Assembly (NCBI GenBank): GCA_963761335.1
Contig: CAVXGR010000011.1
Location: forward strand, 288,001-352,000
Origin: an uncultured delta proteobacterium
GTDB lineage: Bacteria; Desulfobacterota; Binatia; HRBIN30; BPIQ01
Direction: 5' to 3'
Length of the DNA: 64,000 nt
The translations under genes were made by a program, and so were the position numbers. The notes beneath the pieces are model-generated. The model ran no database searches. It had not been told where the DNA came from and saw only the letters and a list, made by a program, of their open reading frames with translations. Positions 19,673 through 27,729 of this stretch are shown here, in pieces; the stretch's first letter is position 1; each line of letters opens with the position of its first letter.

Positions 19673-20484
19673 GGTGCCACTCCCGTCTGCCGCAGAAACT
19701 CCTCGAGAGCCGCGCCGGTCTCCGCCGCCTTCTCCATCGGCAGATGATGACCGGCGCCCTCGAGCACGACCAGGCGGGCGCCGCCGATGCCGTCGCGCAG
19801 CTCCGCGGCCGCCGCCGCTGAGGCGATCGGATCGTCGGCGCCGGAGATGATCAGCGTCGGCTGGCGAACGGCGCCGAGGCGCGGTCGGGCATCGTAAGCG
19901 GCGCCGGCGCGCAGGTCGCCGTGGCGAACCCGCGGATCGGTCTTCACCTGCTCGGTCCACACCTCGCGCATGACCGCGAAATCGCTCGACGGCGAGAACC
20001 CCTCGGTCGAGAACGGCTGCGGCACCCGACCGCGCATCACCTCGCCCCAGAGGTCGATCTGCTGCTGCGGCCAGGCGAGGCGCGGCGCCGCCGCCAGCAG
20101 GACCAGGGCGCGGACCTGCTGCGGCAGCGTCGCCGCCAGCTCGAGAGCCACCGCGGCGCCCATCGAGGTGCCGACGGCGACCAGTGCCGGCAGCTCGAGG
20201 GCGGCGATGAAGGAGACGGTGAAATCGCGGTATGCCTCGATCGAGGCCAGCCCCTCGGTGTTGCCGGAGCGGCCGTGTCCGGGGAAATCGAAGGCGATGA
20301 CCAGAGCCGTTTCGCCGAGCTGTGCCAGCGAGCGGCGCCAGACACCGGCATTGCCGCCTTCGCCGTGGATGAAGAGAAGCACGGGACCGTGATCCAGTGG
20401 CGGCCCCGCTGTCGGCAGGGTCGTCGGACCGCTGTGCAGATAGTGGACGGCGATGCCGCCGAGGCTCGCGTACTTGCTGGGCAT
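19669..20484 (-). CDS. Alpha/beta hydrolase
   Basis: FIHG, DFPGHGRS, GTSMG nucleophile elbow, GADD, AGHH. Confidence 0.9.
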   Translation of the reverse strand: MPSKYASLGGIAVHYLHSGPTTLPTAGPPLDHGPVLLFIHGEGGNAGVWRRSLAQLGETALVIAFDFPGHGRSGNTEGLASIEAYRDFTVSFIAALELPALVAVGTSMGAAVALELAATLPQQVRALVLLAAAPRLAWPQQQIDLWGEVMRGRVPQPFSTEGFSPSSDFAVMREVWTEQVKTDPRVRHGDLRAGAAYDARPRLGAVRQPTLIISGADDPIASAAAAAELRDGIGGARLVVLEGAGHHLPMEKAAETGAALEEFLRQTGVAP

Positions 20485-20850
20485 GGGCCGGAGGCTTGTC
20501 GGCGCTGTCGCAGACCAGCGCGGTTACCGCAGCCGCCGCGGCGTTGTCAAGAAAGGAGGCCGTCGCCCGCGCAGGTGCCGCCACACGCCGCGGGCATTGC
20601 CGCAGCGCAGGTCGCACTCGGGATGCTACGGCACAGTGTCGCGCCAACCACTGACCAGGCCGCATGCGCCACCCGCACGAATGTGACGCCGCCGTACAAG
20701 CTGGGATGGCAGCGACACATGCCGGCACTCGCCGCAGCGTTGCCTCTCGCGCCTGGTGCGCGCCTCCTCTGGTATGGGATTTGGAGTCGTTTGCCATCTC
20801 TATCAGTCGTAGAAGCGAGGGATCACAGTCGCTCGCGCAGGTGACAGGGC

Positions 20851-21189
20851 ATGCATCAAAGCGAAGCTGGAACAGCCATTCGTCTGCGAGTCGAGGAAAC
20901 GGAGATTGCCGCAGTGCTCTCCTCCGTCTCGGCATCCGGGCTGGCCGTAATCCAGCTCGCCAACCCCGCCAGCAGCATCCGCGCCCTCCTCGCCAAGGCC
21001 ATGGAGGCGGGTAGCCGCGTCGAGGTGCGCGGCGGCGCGGGCCACGACATCGCCGTGCTGGCGACGCTGGTGTGGTTCGATGCCGGAGAGGGGGGTGGCG
21101 AGAATCCGGAAGTCCTGGAGCTCATCGTCGACGGCAGTGACGGGCCCGGATGGGGCGCCATCTGCGCCGCGGAGAGAGCTCCCGCATGA
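20851..21189 (+). CDS. Hypothetical protein, possibly a degenerate PilZ-fold domain
   Basis: ATGA overlap with the next gene; SVSASGL resembles D/NxSxxG and ATLVW resembles GxVVW; no RxxxR. Confidence 0.55.
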   Translation: MHQSEAGTAIRLRVEETEIAAVLSSVSASGLAVIQLANPASSIRALLAKAMEAGSRVEVRGGAGHDIAVLATLVWFDAGEGGGENPEVLELIVDGSDGPGWGAICAAERAPA

Positions 21190-24100
21190 GCCAGGGCGGC
21201 GCCTCGAAGAAGGCCCCGGCGGAGGGCTCCTCCAGCAGCGCCGCCGCGGTCGCGGCGCTCCGCAACCGCCTGCTCGACCTCTTCGGCCAGAAGCTCTCGC
21301 GGCGCGATTTCGCCGCGCAGATGGCGAGCCTGGTCGCCGAGGCGGCGCAGGTGAAGACGCTGGCCATCCTCGGCTACGACCGGAAGCGCGACCGCCTGGT
21401 CCTGCTCGCCGAGCACGGCCTGCCGGCGGAAGCCCAGTCGATTCTCTCCGGCGGCAACAGCCGCAGCTGGGACATCCCGCTGCGCGGCCTGCGCAACCGG
21501 CGCATCAGCGTCATCGAGGCAGCGCACCAGAATCCTTTCGTACCGCGTCCGCTCATCGACATCTCACCTGCGGCTCTCACCATCGCCGCCATCCCCCTCT
21601 ACTACGACTACAAGCCCACCGGCGTGGTGCTGCTCTTCCAGGGCAACAGCCACGCCTTCGCCGACAACGACCTGCAGGCCCTCAGCCAGGCGCTCAAGGT
21701 CGCGGCGCGCGGCCTGCGCGACTCGCACCGCTCCGCAGACGGCATCAGCACCGAGCGCGAGGAGGAGATCGCCGAGGCCGCCATCGCCGAGCTCACCGGG
21801 GAACGCCCGGCCAAGCGCGCCGCGCGCGTCGCCCATCTCGGCGGCGAGTCGACCGCGGCGGCGCACGAAGCGGAGCAGGCGCAGCTGACCGAGACGCGCA
21901 AGCTCGCCGACACTCTGCTGGCCCGCACCCAGCGCCTGGAGCAGGACCTCGCCCGCGCTCACGTCGAGCTCGAGCGCAGCGCGCAAACGGCGCGCACCTT
22001 GACCTCGGCTCGGCACGCCCTGGCGCGCGAGCGCGATCACCTGACGCAGCAGCTCACCGACCTCGAGCGCCGCCGCGAGACCGACAGTGCCGAGCTGCGC
22101 GCCCAGGTCGCGGCACTCGAAGACCGCCTGCTGGCCGCCGAATCGGAGCGCCTGCGGCTGCACCGCTCGGCCGAGCAGGCGCGCACCGCGGCGCAGAAGT
22201 CGAGCAAGACGGTCGAGAGCGAGCGCGAGGGCCTCCTCGAGCGCCTGCGCGGCGCCGAATCCTCCGCCGCCGCCCTGCAGGCCGAGGTCGGCCGCACCCG
22301 CGAGGAGCGCGAGCGGGTCAACGGGCAGCTCGAGGCGCTGCATCGCCAGCTGCAGGAACGACAGAACGAGCTCGCCGAGACGCAGGCCCGGCTGCAGCGG
22401 GAAGTGGCAGCGCTGTCGGCCGACCGCGACGGTTGGCGCGAGCAGGCGAACGCGGCCCAGGGTCTCGCCAACCAGCGCGCCGAGGAACAGCGTGCTGGCG
22501 AGCACGAGCTGCGCAGTGCCCTGGCCTCGCGCGACGCCACCATTCAGCAGCTGACGGCGCTGCGCGCCCAGCTCGAGCAGCTCGCCGAGGCCAAGGACGG
22601 GCTCGCCCAAGCGGCGACCCAGGCGGCGGCGGCCCGTGCCGCGGCCGCCGCCGAGAGCGCCTCGCTCCGCGAGGCGCTGGACAGCGAGCGCGCCGAGCGG
22701 GTGCGGCAGGAAGAGGCGCTGCAGGGCGATCTGCAACAGGCGCGCCGCGAGGCGATCGAGCTCGGCGAAGGGCTCGGCACACTGCGCGCCACCCTGGCCG
22801 ACCGCGACCGCCTCGTCGAGGAGCGCGACGCACAGCTGGCGCGTGCTGCCGCCGAGAGCGCCGAAATCCAGCGCGCCGCCGCCACCACCGAAGCGAATGC
22901 ACAGGCCGCCCGCCAGGAGACGGCGCAGCTGCGCCGCCAGCTCGGCGAAGGCGAAGCCGAGAGGCAACGCCTCGCCGACGACAGGGACGCCGCCCGGCGG
23001 CAGCTGGAGCAGCGGCTCGCCAGTCGCGGCGACAACGAACGCCAGCTCGCCGAGCAGCTGCAGTCGAGCCGCGACCAGCTCGCCGGCCTGCAGCAGGAGC
23101 ACGAGCGGCTCCGCCGCGCCCTGGCCGAGGCCGGCGAGCAGATGCACGGCGCCGAGGCGGCGCAGCGCGAGGCATTGCAGAAGCTCGCGGCGCAGGCCGA
23201 GGAGGCCCGGGGACAGCTCGAGGGGCTCGAACGCGAGCGCACCTCCCTGTCGCAGCGCCTCCAGCACGCCGAGCAGACGGCGGCCGCAGAGACCGAGCGC
23301 GCCCGCGTCGAGGTGCGCCGGGCAGAGGCGCTCGGCGACCGCGCCACCAAGCTGGAGCACGTCCTCGGCGATGGCGAGAAGCGGCGCGCCGAGCTCGAGG
23401 GGGCTCTGGCGCAGGCGCGCTCCGAGGTAGAGGCGCTGCAACAGCAGACCGCGGACCGCGGCGCCGTGGCGCGCCAGGCGGCCGAGCTGAGCGGCAAGAC
23501 GATCGAGCTACAACGCCTGCTCGAGGCGGCACGCGAGGAAGCCGAGACGCTGCGCTCCCAGCTCGGCACCGCCGAGAAGCAGCGGGCCGCCCTCGCCAAG
23601 GGGCTCCAGCAGGCCCATCGCCAGCACTCCCAGCAGTCGACCACCGTCGAGCAGGAACGAGACCGCCTGCTGGAGATGGTCGAGCGGCTCAAGGCCGAGC
23701 AACAGCGCCTGGGAGGCGAGCGCGCCGGCCAGCTCGCCGCCCTCGAAGCCGAGAGCAACAGCCAGGCGGCGGCGCTCGCCGAGCTGCAGGCCACGCTGCA
23801 ACACGCCCGCGAAGAACGCGACCGCGCCATCGCCGAGCGCGATCAGAGCGCCTCGGCAACCGCCGCCGCGCTGGCCGCCGCCAACGAGGCCGCCAGCATG
23901 GCGATGCAGGAAGGCCAGAGCGGCGCCCATCGCCTGGCAGAGAAACAGCGCCGCATCGACGAGCTCAGCGAGCTCGTGCGCCAGCGCGAAGCGGCGCTGG
24001 ACTCAACGCAGAGCGATCGCCGCCGCATGGAGGAGACGCTACAGGCCGCCGAGGAAACGGCGGCGGAGGCGCAGAGGGAACGCGACGAGCTGCGCCAACA

Positions 24101-25130
24101 GGTGCAGAGCGCCGTCGAGGCTCTGGAGCAGGAGCGCCGCGAGCACACCGACACCATCGCCGACCTGCAGCGCGAGCAGGCGAAGGAGCAGCGCCTCGCC
24201 GTGGAACGCGAGTCGCAGGCGCGCCAGTCGGCGCACTTCGCCCTCGAGGAGAAGCGCACGGCCCGCTACGACGCGCCGCTGGTGATCGAACGCTCGGCGC
24301 CGCTCGAGCGCGCCGGCTCTTCTGCGGAACAGCGGCCGGGGGCGGCGACCGCCGCCGAGCTCGAATGGGCGAGCGGCGAACACGCCCGGCTACCGGTCAG
24401 CGACGTGCTGCTGCTGGACAGCGGCCCCCTCGCCCAGGAGGCCCGCTCGCTGCTGGAGAAGGCCGGAGCGAAGGTCACCGTCTGCGAGCCGGGCGAAGCC
24501 GCCGTCACCCAGTCGGCGCAGCGCAAGATCAGCTGCGTGGCGCTCAATCTGGCGGCGGGGCCTCCGGCGTGGCACACGCTGAAGGCGCTGCGCGAGCGCG
24601 TCGCCACGCGCAGCATTCCTCTGTTCACCTATCTCGCCGCCGCCGACGCCGCCACCGGCTTCAGCTTCACGCGCACCGACTTCGCCATTTGGCCGATGGA
24701 TCCAGGCCGCATGATCGAGCGGCTGCGGCAGATGCACTTCGCCCTGCGCCGCCTGCTGGTGGTCAGCGCCGACGTCGAGGCGATGGGGCGGCTGCGGGAG
24801 CCCCTCGGCCGCGCCCACATCTCCGCCTCCATGGTGCTCGATGGCCGGCAGGCGCGCGACCTCGGCATCAGCCTGCAGCCGGAGGCCGCGGTCATGCATC
24901 TCACCCCGGGATGCGCCGACATCGCCCGCGCCGTCTCCAGCTTTCGCACCTCGCCGGCGACCCGGGAGCTGCCCCTGCTCATCCTGCTCGACAAGCCGAA
25001 CTCGAGCCACGAGGACACCTTCTTCAACTCCGTGAACCGCGAGCTGCTGCGCGCCGGCGGCTTCGATCTCAGCCGCTTGGTCACCGAGCTGAGCCTGCTC
25101 TTCGAGAGCGAGAAGAAGTCGGCCGCCTGA
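21186..25130 (+). CDS. GAF domain - very long coiled coil - two degenerate receiver-like domains
   Basis: GAF-like N-terminus (LVLLAEHGL, AAIPLY..GVVLLF..HAFADNDLQAL), about 800 aa of E/Q/R/A/L heptads, then two receiver-like segments. Confidence 0.8.
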   Translation: MSQGGASKKAPAEGSSSSAAAVAALRNRLLDLFGQKLSRRDFAAQMASLVAEAAQVKTLAILGYDRKRDRLVLLAEHGLPAEAQSILSGGNSRSWDIPLRGLRNRRISVIEAAHQNPFVPRPLIDISPAALTIAAIPLYYDYKPTGVVLLFQGNSHAFADNDLQALSQALKVAARGLRDSHRSADGISTEREEEIAEAAIAELTGERPAKRAARVAHLGGESTAAAHEAEQAQLTETRKLADTLLARTQRLEQDLARAHVELERSAQTARTLTSARHALARERDHLTQQLTDLERRRETDSAELRAQVAALEDRLLAAESERLRLHRSAEQARTAAQKSSKTVESEREGLLERLRGAESSAAALQAEVGRTREERERVNGQLEALHRQLQERQNELAETQARLQREVAALSADRDGWREQANAAQGLANQRAEEQRAGEHELRSALASRDATIQQLTALRAQLEQLAEAKDGLAQAATQAAAARAAAAAESASLREALDSERAERVRQEEALQGDLQQARREAIELGEGLGTLRATLADRDRLVEERDAQLARAAAESAEIQRAAATTEANAQAARQETAQLRRQLGEGEAERQRLADDRDAARRQLEQRLASRGDNERQLAEQLQSSRDQLAGLQQEHERLRRALAEAGEQMHGAEAAQREALQKLAAQAEEARGQLEGLERERTSLSQRLQHAEQTAAAETERARVEVRRAEALGDRATKLEHVLGDGEKRRAELEGALAQARSEVEALQQQTADRGAVARQAAELSGKTIELQRLLEAAREEAETLRSQLGTAEKQRAALAKGLQQAHRQHSQQSTTVEQERDRLLEMVERLKAEQQRLGGERAGQLAALEAESNSQAAALAELQATLQHAREERDRAIAERDQSASATAAALAAANEAASMAMQEGQSGAHRLAEKQRRIDELSELVRQREAALDSTQSDRRRMEETLQAAEETAAEAQRERDELRQQVQSAVEALEQERREHTDTIADLQREQAKEQRLAVERESQARQSAHFALEEKRTARYDAPLVIERSAPLERAGSSAEQRPGAATAAELEWASGEHARLPVSDVLLLDSGPLAQEARSLLEKAGAKVTVCEPGEAAVTQSAQRKISCVALNLAAGPPAWHTLKALRERVATRSIPLFTYLAAADAATGFSFTRTDFAIWPMDPGRMIERLRQMHFALRRLLVVSADVEAMGRLREPLGRAHISASMVLDGRQARDLGISLQPEAAVMHLTPGCADIARAVSSFRTSPATRELPLLILLDKPNSSHEDTFFNSVNRELLRAGGFDLSRLVTELSLLFESEKKSAA

Positions 25131-25146
25131 CCGCGGCAACCCGGGA

Positions 25147-25956
25147 TCACTCCCCGCGGCCGCGGCGCGCGTCGACTGCGGCGCGCGCCAGCCCTGGCAG
25201 GTCGGACATGATCCCGTCGATCCCGAGATCCAGGAGGCGGTCCATCTCGGCCGGGTCGTTGATCGTCCACACGTGCATCTCGACGCCGTGCGCATGCGCG
25301 GCACCCACGCTCGCCGCGGTCACCAGCTGCAGCCCGCCGAACTCGGGCGGGATCTGCAGAGCGCGCCCCGGCGGTCGATAGCCCTCCAGCTCGCCGCTCT
25401 GCAGGCGGCGGAAGAACTCGGCGACCTCGCCGGCCGCGAAACCGGTGGCAAAGCGCGCGCCGCCGGCGGCGCGGATCTGCGCCATGATCGCGTCGTGCTC
25501 CGCCGCCAGCAACACGCGCTCGGCGCATCCGGCATCGAGCAGCGCCCGCACCACGGCGGCGGCGATTGCCGGCTGCTCCTGCTTCACCTCGATGTTGAAG
25601 AGGGCGTCCGGAAAGCGCTCCAGAAGATCGCGCAGCGACGGCACCCGCGTCTGCCGGCCGCGAAACGGGAAATCGGTGCCGTTCGCGGTGAAGCGATAGC
25701 CGGCGTCGAGCCGCTGCACTTCGTCCCAGCGGCGTTCGCGGATCGGCCCCGCTCCGTCGGTGGTGCGCTCGAGTTCGGCATCGTGGATGACGGCGACGAT
25801 ACCGTCGCTGGTGGCGTGGACGTCGAGCTCGAGAACGTCGGCGCCGCAGTCGACGGCGCGCTCGAACGACGGCAGAGTGTTCTCCGGCGCCTCACCGGCG
25901 GCACCGCGATGGCCGAAGACGAGCGGTCGAGGGGATGCGAAGTAGGCCGTGGACAT
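25147..25956 (-). CDS. Glycerophosphodiester phosphodiesterase
   Basis: GHRGA..APENT, ELDVHATSDG, HD..LERTTDG, NIEVK, HVWTIND, GIDGIMSD. Confidence 0.93.
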   Translation of the reverse strand: MSTAYFASPRPLVFGHRGAAGEAPENTLPSFERAVDCGADVLELDVHATSDGIVAVIHDAELERTTDGAGPIRERRWDEVQRLDAGYRFTANGTDFPFRGRQTRVPSLRDLLERFPDALFNIEVKQEQPAIAAAVVRALLDAGCAERVLLAAEHDAIMAQIRAAGGARFATGFAAGEVAEFFRRLQSGELEGYRPPGRALQIPPEFGGLQLVTAASVGAAHAHGVEMHVWTINDPAEMDRLLDLGIDGIMSDLPGLARAAVDARRGRGE

Positions 25957-26076
25957 GCGGGGCTCAGCATACGCCGGCAGCGGCGCCAGGCCAACGCTCC
26001 CGCCGCAGACGCCACCAGCAGACGCCACCGTCCTTGACGGGGCGGCGGTGAAGCCGGTTTACTAGCGCCCCAGACG

Positions 26077-27114
26077 ATGGCCGGGCCCGTGAACACGCCG
26101 CCGAGGCGCGCCTCGATTCGATGGTTGCTGCTCGCCGTCGTCGCCGTGCTCGCCGCCGGCGGCATCGGCGGCACCCTGCTCTGGCGCCAAGCGACGGCGC
26201 CGGTGGTCCTGCCGGCGGAAGGCGTGCGCGTCCGCATCGAGTCCGGCTGGTCGATGCGCGAGGTGGCGCGGCGCCTGGAGCAGAGCGGCGTGGTGCACCG
26301 CGGCTGGGCGCTGCGCGCCCTGGCCCGCTGGTCGGGGGTCGATCGCGACATCCACGCCGGCGACTTCCACTTCTCCGGCACCATCGGGCTCGGCGAGGTG
26401 CTCGCTCGGCTGCGTGCGCCGGTGACCACCGATGGCCTGGTGACCATCCCCGAGGGCCGCTCCGCGGAGGAGGTGATGGAGCTGCTCGCCGCCGCGGGGC
26501 TCGGCGGCCGCGACGTATTCGAGTGCGTGGCGCGCTCGCCGGAGTGGCTGCGGGAGATGGACCTTCCCCGCACCGGTGTCGAGGGATATCTGTTTCCGGA
26601 TACCTATGCCTTCACCCGCGGCATGCCTCCCGGGGAGATCCTCCGCGCCATGGTCGAGCACTACCGCGAGCAGGCGGCCCGGCTGAGCGAAGACCGGGTG
26701 CGTATCGGTCTCTCCGAGCACGAGATGGTCACTCTGGCGTCGCTGATCGAGAAGGAGACCGGCTCGGCCGAGGAGCGACCGCTGATCTCCGCGGTCTTCC
26801 ACAACCGCCTGCGCCGCGGCATGCCGCTGCAGTCGGATCCCACCGCCGTCTACGGGCGCCACCACTTCCGCGGCCCGATCACGCGAGCCGATCTCGACCT
26901 GCCGTCGGCGTACAACACCTATCAGATCAACGGCCTGCCTCCCGGCCCGATCTGCAACCCCGGGCTGGCCTCACTCGAGGCCGCAGTGCACCCGGCGGCG
27001 GTGGACTACCTCTACTTCGTGTCGCGCAACGACGGCACGCACGAGTTCTCGGTCACCTTCGCAGAGCACGACCGCGCCGTGGGTCGCTACCAGCGGAGCC
27101 GCCACGGCACTTGA
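26077..27114 (+). CDS. mltG: Endolytic transglycosylase MltG
   Basis: N-terminal TM, VTIPEG, EGYLFPDTY, LASLIEKE, NRL..GMPLQSDPT, YNTY..GLPPGPICNPG. Confidence 0.95.
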   Translation: MAGPVNTPPRRASIRWLLLAVVAVLAAGGIGGTLLWRQATAPVVLPAEGVRVRIESGWSMREVARRLEQSGVVHRGWALRALARWSGVDRDIHAGDFHFSGTIGLGEVLARLRAPVTTDGLVTIPEGRSAEEVMELLAAAGLGGRDVFECVARSPEWLREMDLPRTGVEGYLFPDTYAFTRGMPPGEILRAMVEHYREQAARLSEDRVRIGLSEHEMVTLASLIEKETGSAEERPLISAVFHNRLRRGMPLQSDPTAVYGRHHFRGPITRADLDLPSAYNTYQINGLPPGPICNPGLASLEAAVHPAAVDYLYFVSRNDGTHEFSVTFAEHDRAVGRYQRSRHGT

Positions 27115-27167
27115 CCCCGGCGGAGAAAGACGTGAGGATCGCCCCCCGACGCGATGGAGAAAGGACG

Positions 27168-27341
27168 ATGGGCGAGGCACTGAAACCCTGTTGCGAGGAA
27201 CTGCGGGAGAGCTTTCGGCGGCGCGCCGAAGCGACGGTCACCAGCTATCCGGTGATCAAGGACCTTCCCTGTCCGGTGTGCAAGCAAATCGTGCCGGTGC
27301 GCATCTACCGACGCCCCGGCACAGAGGGGGAAGCCGCCTGA
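27168..27341 (+). CDS. Small 57-aa Cys-containing (putative Zn-binding) protein
   Basis: AAGGA RBS; MGEALKPCCEE...CPVCKQ; GC3-biased codons. Confidence 0.6.
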   Translation: MGEALKPCCEELRESFRRRAEATVTSYPVIKDLPCPVCKQIVPVRIYRRPGTEGEAA

Positions 27342-27345
27342 GCCA

Positions 27346-27486
27346 TCAGCTGGAGAGCTTCGGGCGCTTGGTCGCCTGCGGCGACTTGCGCCCGGCGGCG
27401 ATCGCCGGCTTGCGCGTCAACGCCACCACCTTCAGCCAGCGCTTCTGTTCCTTCGACCATTTGCCCACTGCCAGCACTCGCATCAT
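27346..27486 (-). CDS. Small 46-aa highly basic protein
   Basis: GGAGG RBS and a consensus sigma-54 promoter just upstream; MMRVLAVGKWSKEQKRWLKVV... Confidence 0.6.
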   Translation of the reverse strand: MMRVLAVGKWSKEQKRWLKVVALTRKPAIAAGRKSPQATKRPKLSS

Positions 27487-27525
27487 CACCTGAGCCTCCA
27501 TCGAGAGATCTGTCTGGGTGGCATG

Positions 27526-27540
27526 GCAACGGACGTGCCA
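27526..27540 (-). promoter_or_regulatory. Sigma-54 (-24/-12) promoter
   Basis: Minus strand TGGCAC-GTCCG-TTGC, a consensus match. Confidence 0.75.
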
Positions 27541-27729
27541 TCGCTCCGGATCGGTCCCGCCAGCGGAATTTCCGTCCGCGGCGCCCCGTACCGGCACGAC
27601 AATTTGGTACGTTCGCATGCGATGGCGCACATCAACGTACTCTGCAGATGCGGCGAAGGGGCGCATCCGCCCGCCCGGGAAAACAGCTGTTGTCTTCCTG
27701 CCGGCGCTGGGTTATGTCTGGCCTTTCAC

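Noticed and set aside
21186..25130. SMC/SbcC chromosome protein
   Set aside because: No Walker A/B, ABC signature or hinge is seen; the termini look like GAF and receiver folds.
21080..25381. 1433-aa alternative-frame ORF and many other long Arg/Pro/Gly-rich or antisense ORFs (e.g. 34597-37212 minus, 43404-45617 plus)
   Set aside because: Shadow ORFs caused by high GC content; they overlap genes with clear family motifs and have no motifs of their own.
26005..26030. GCAGACGCCACC direct repeat between GDPD and mltG
   Set aside because: Only two short copies with no supporting context.
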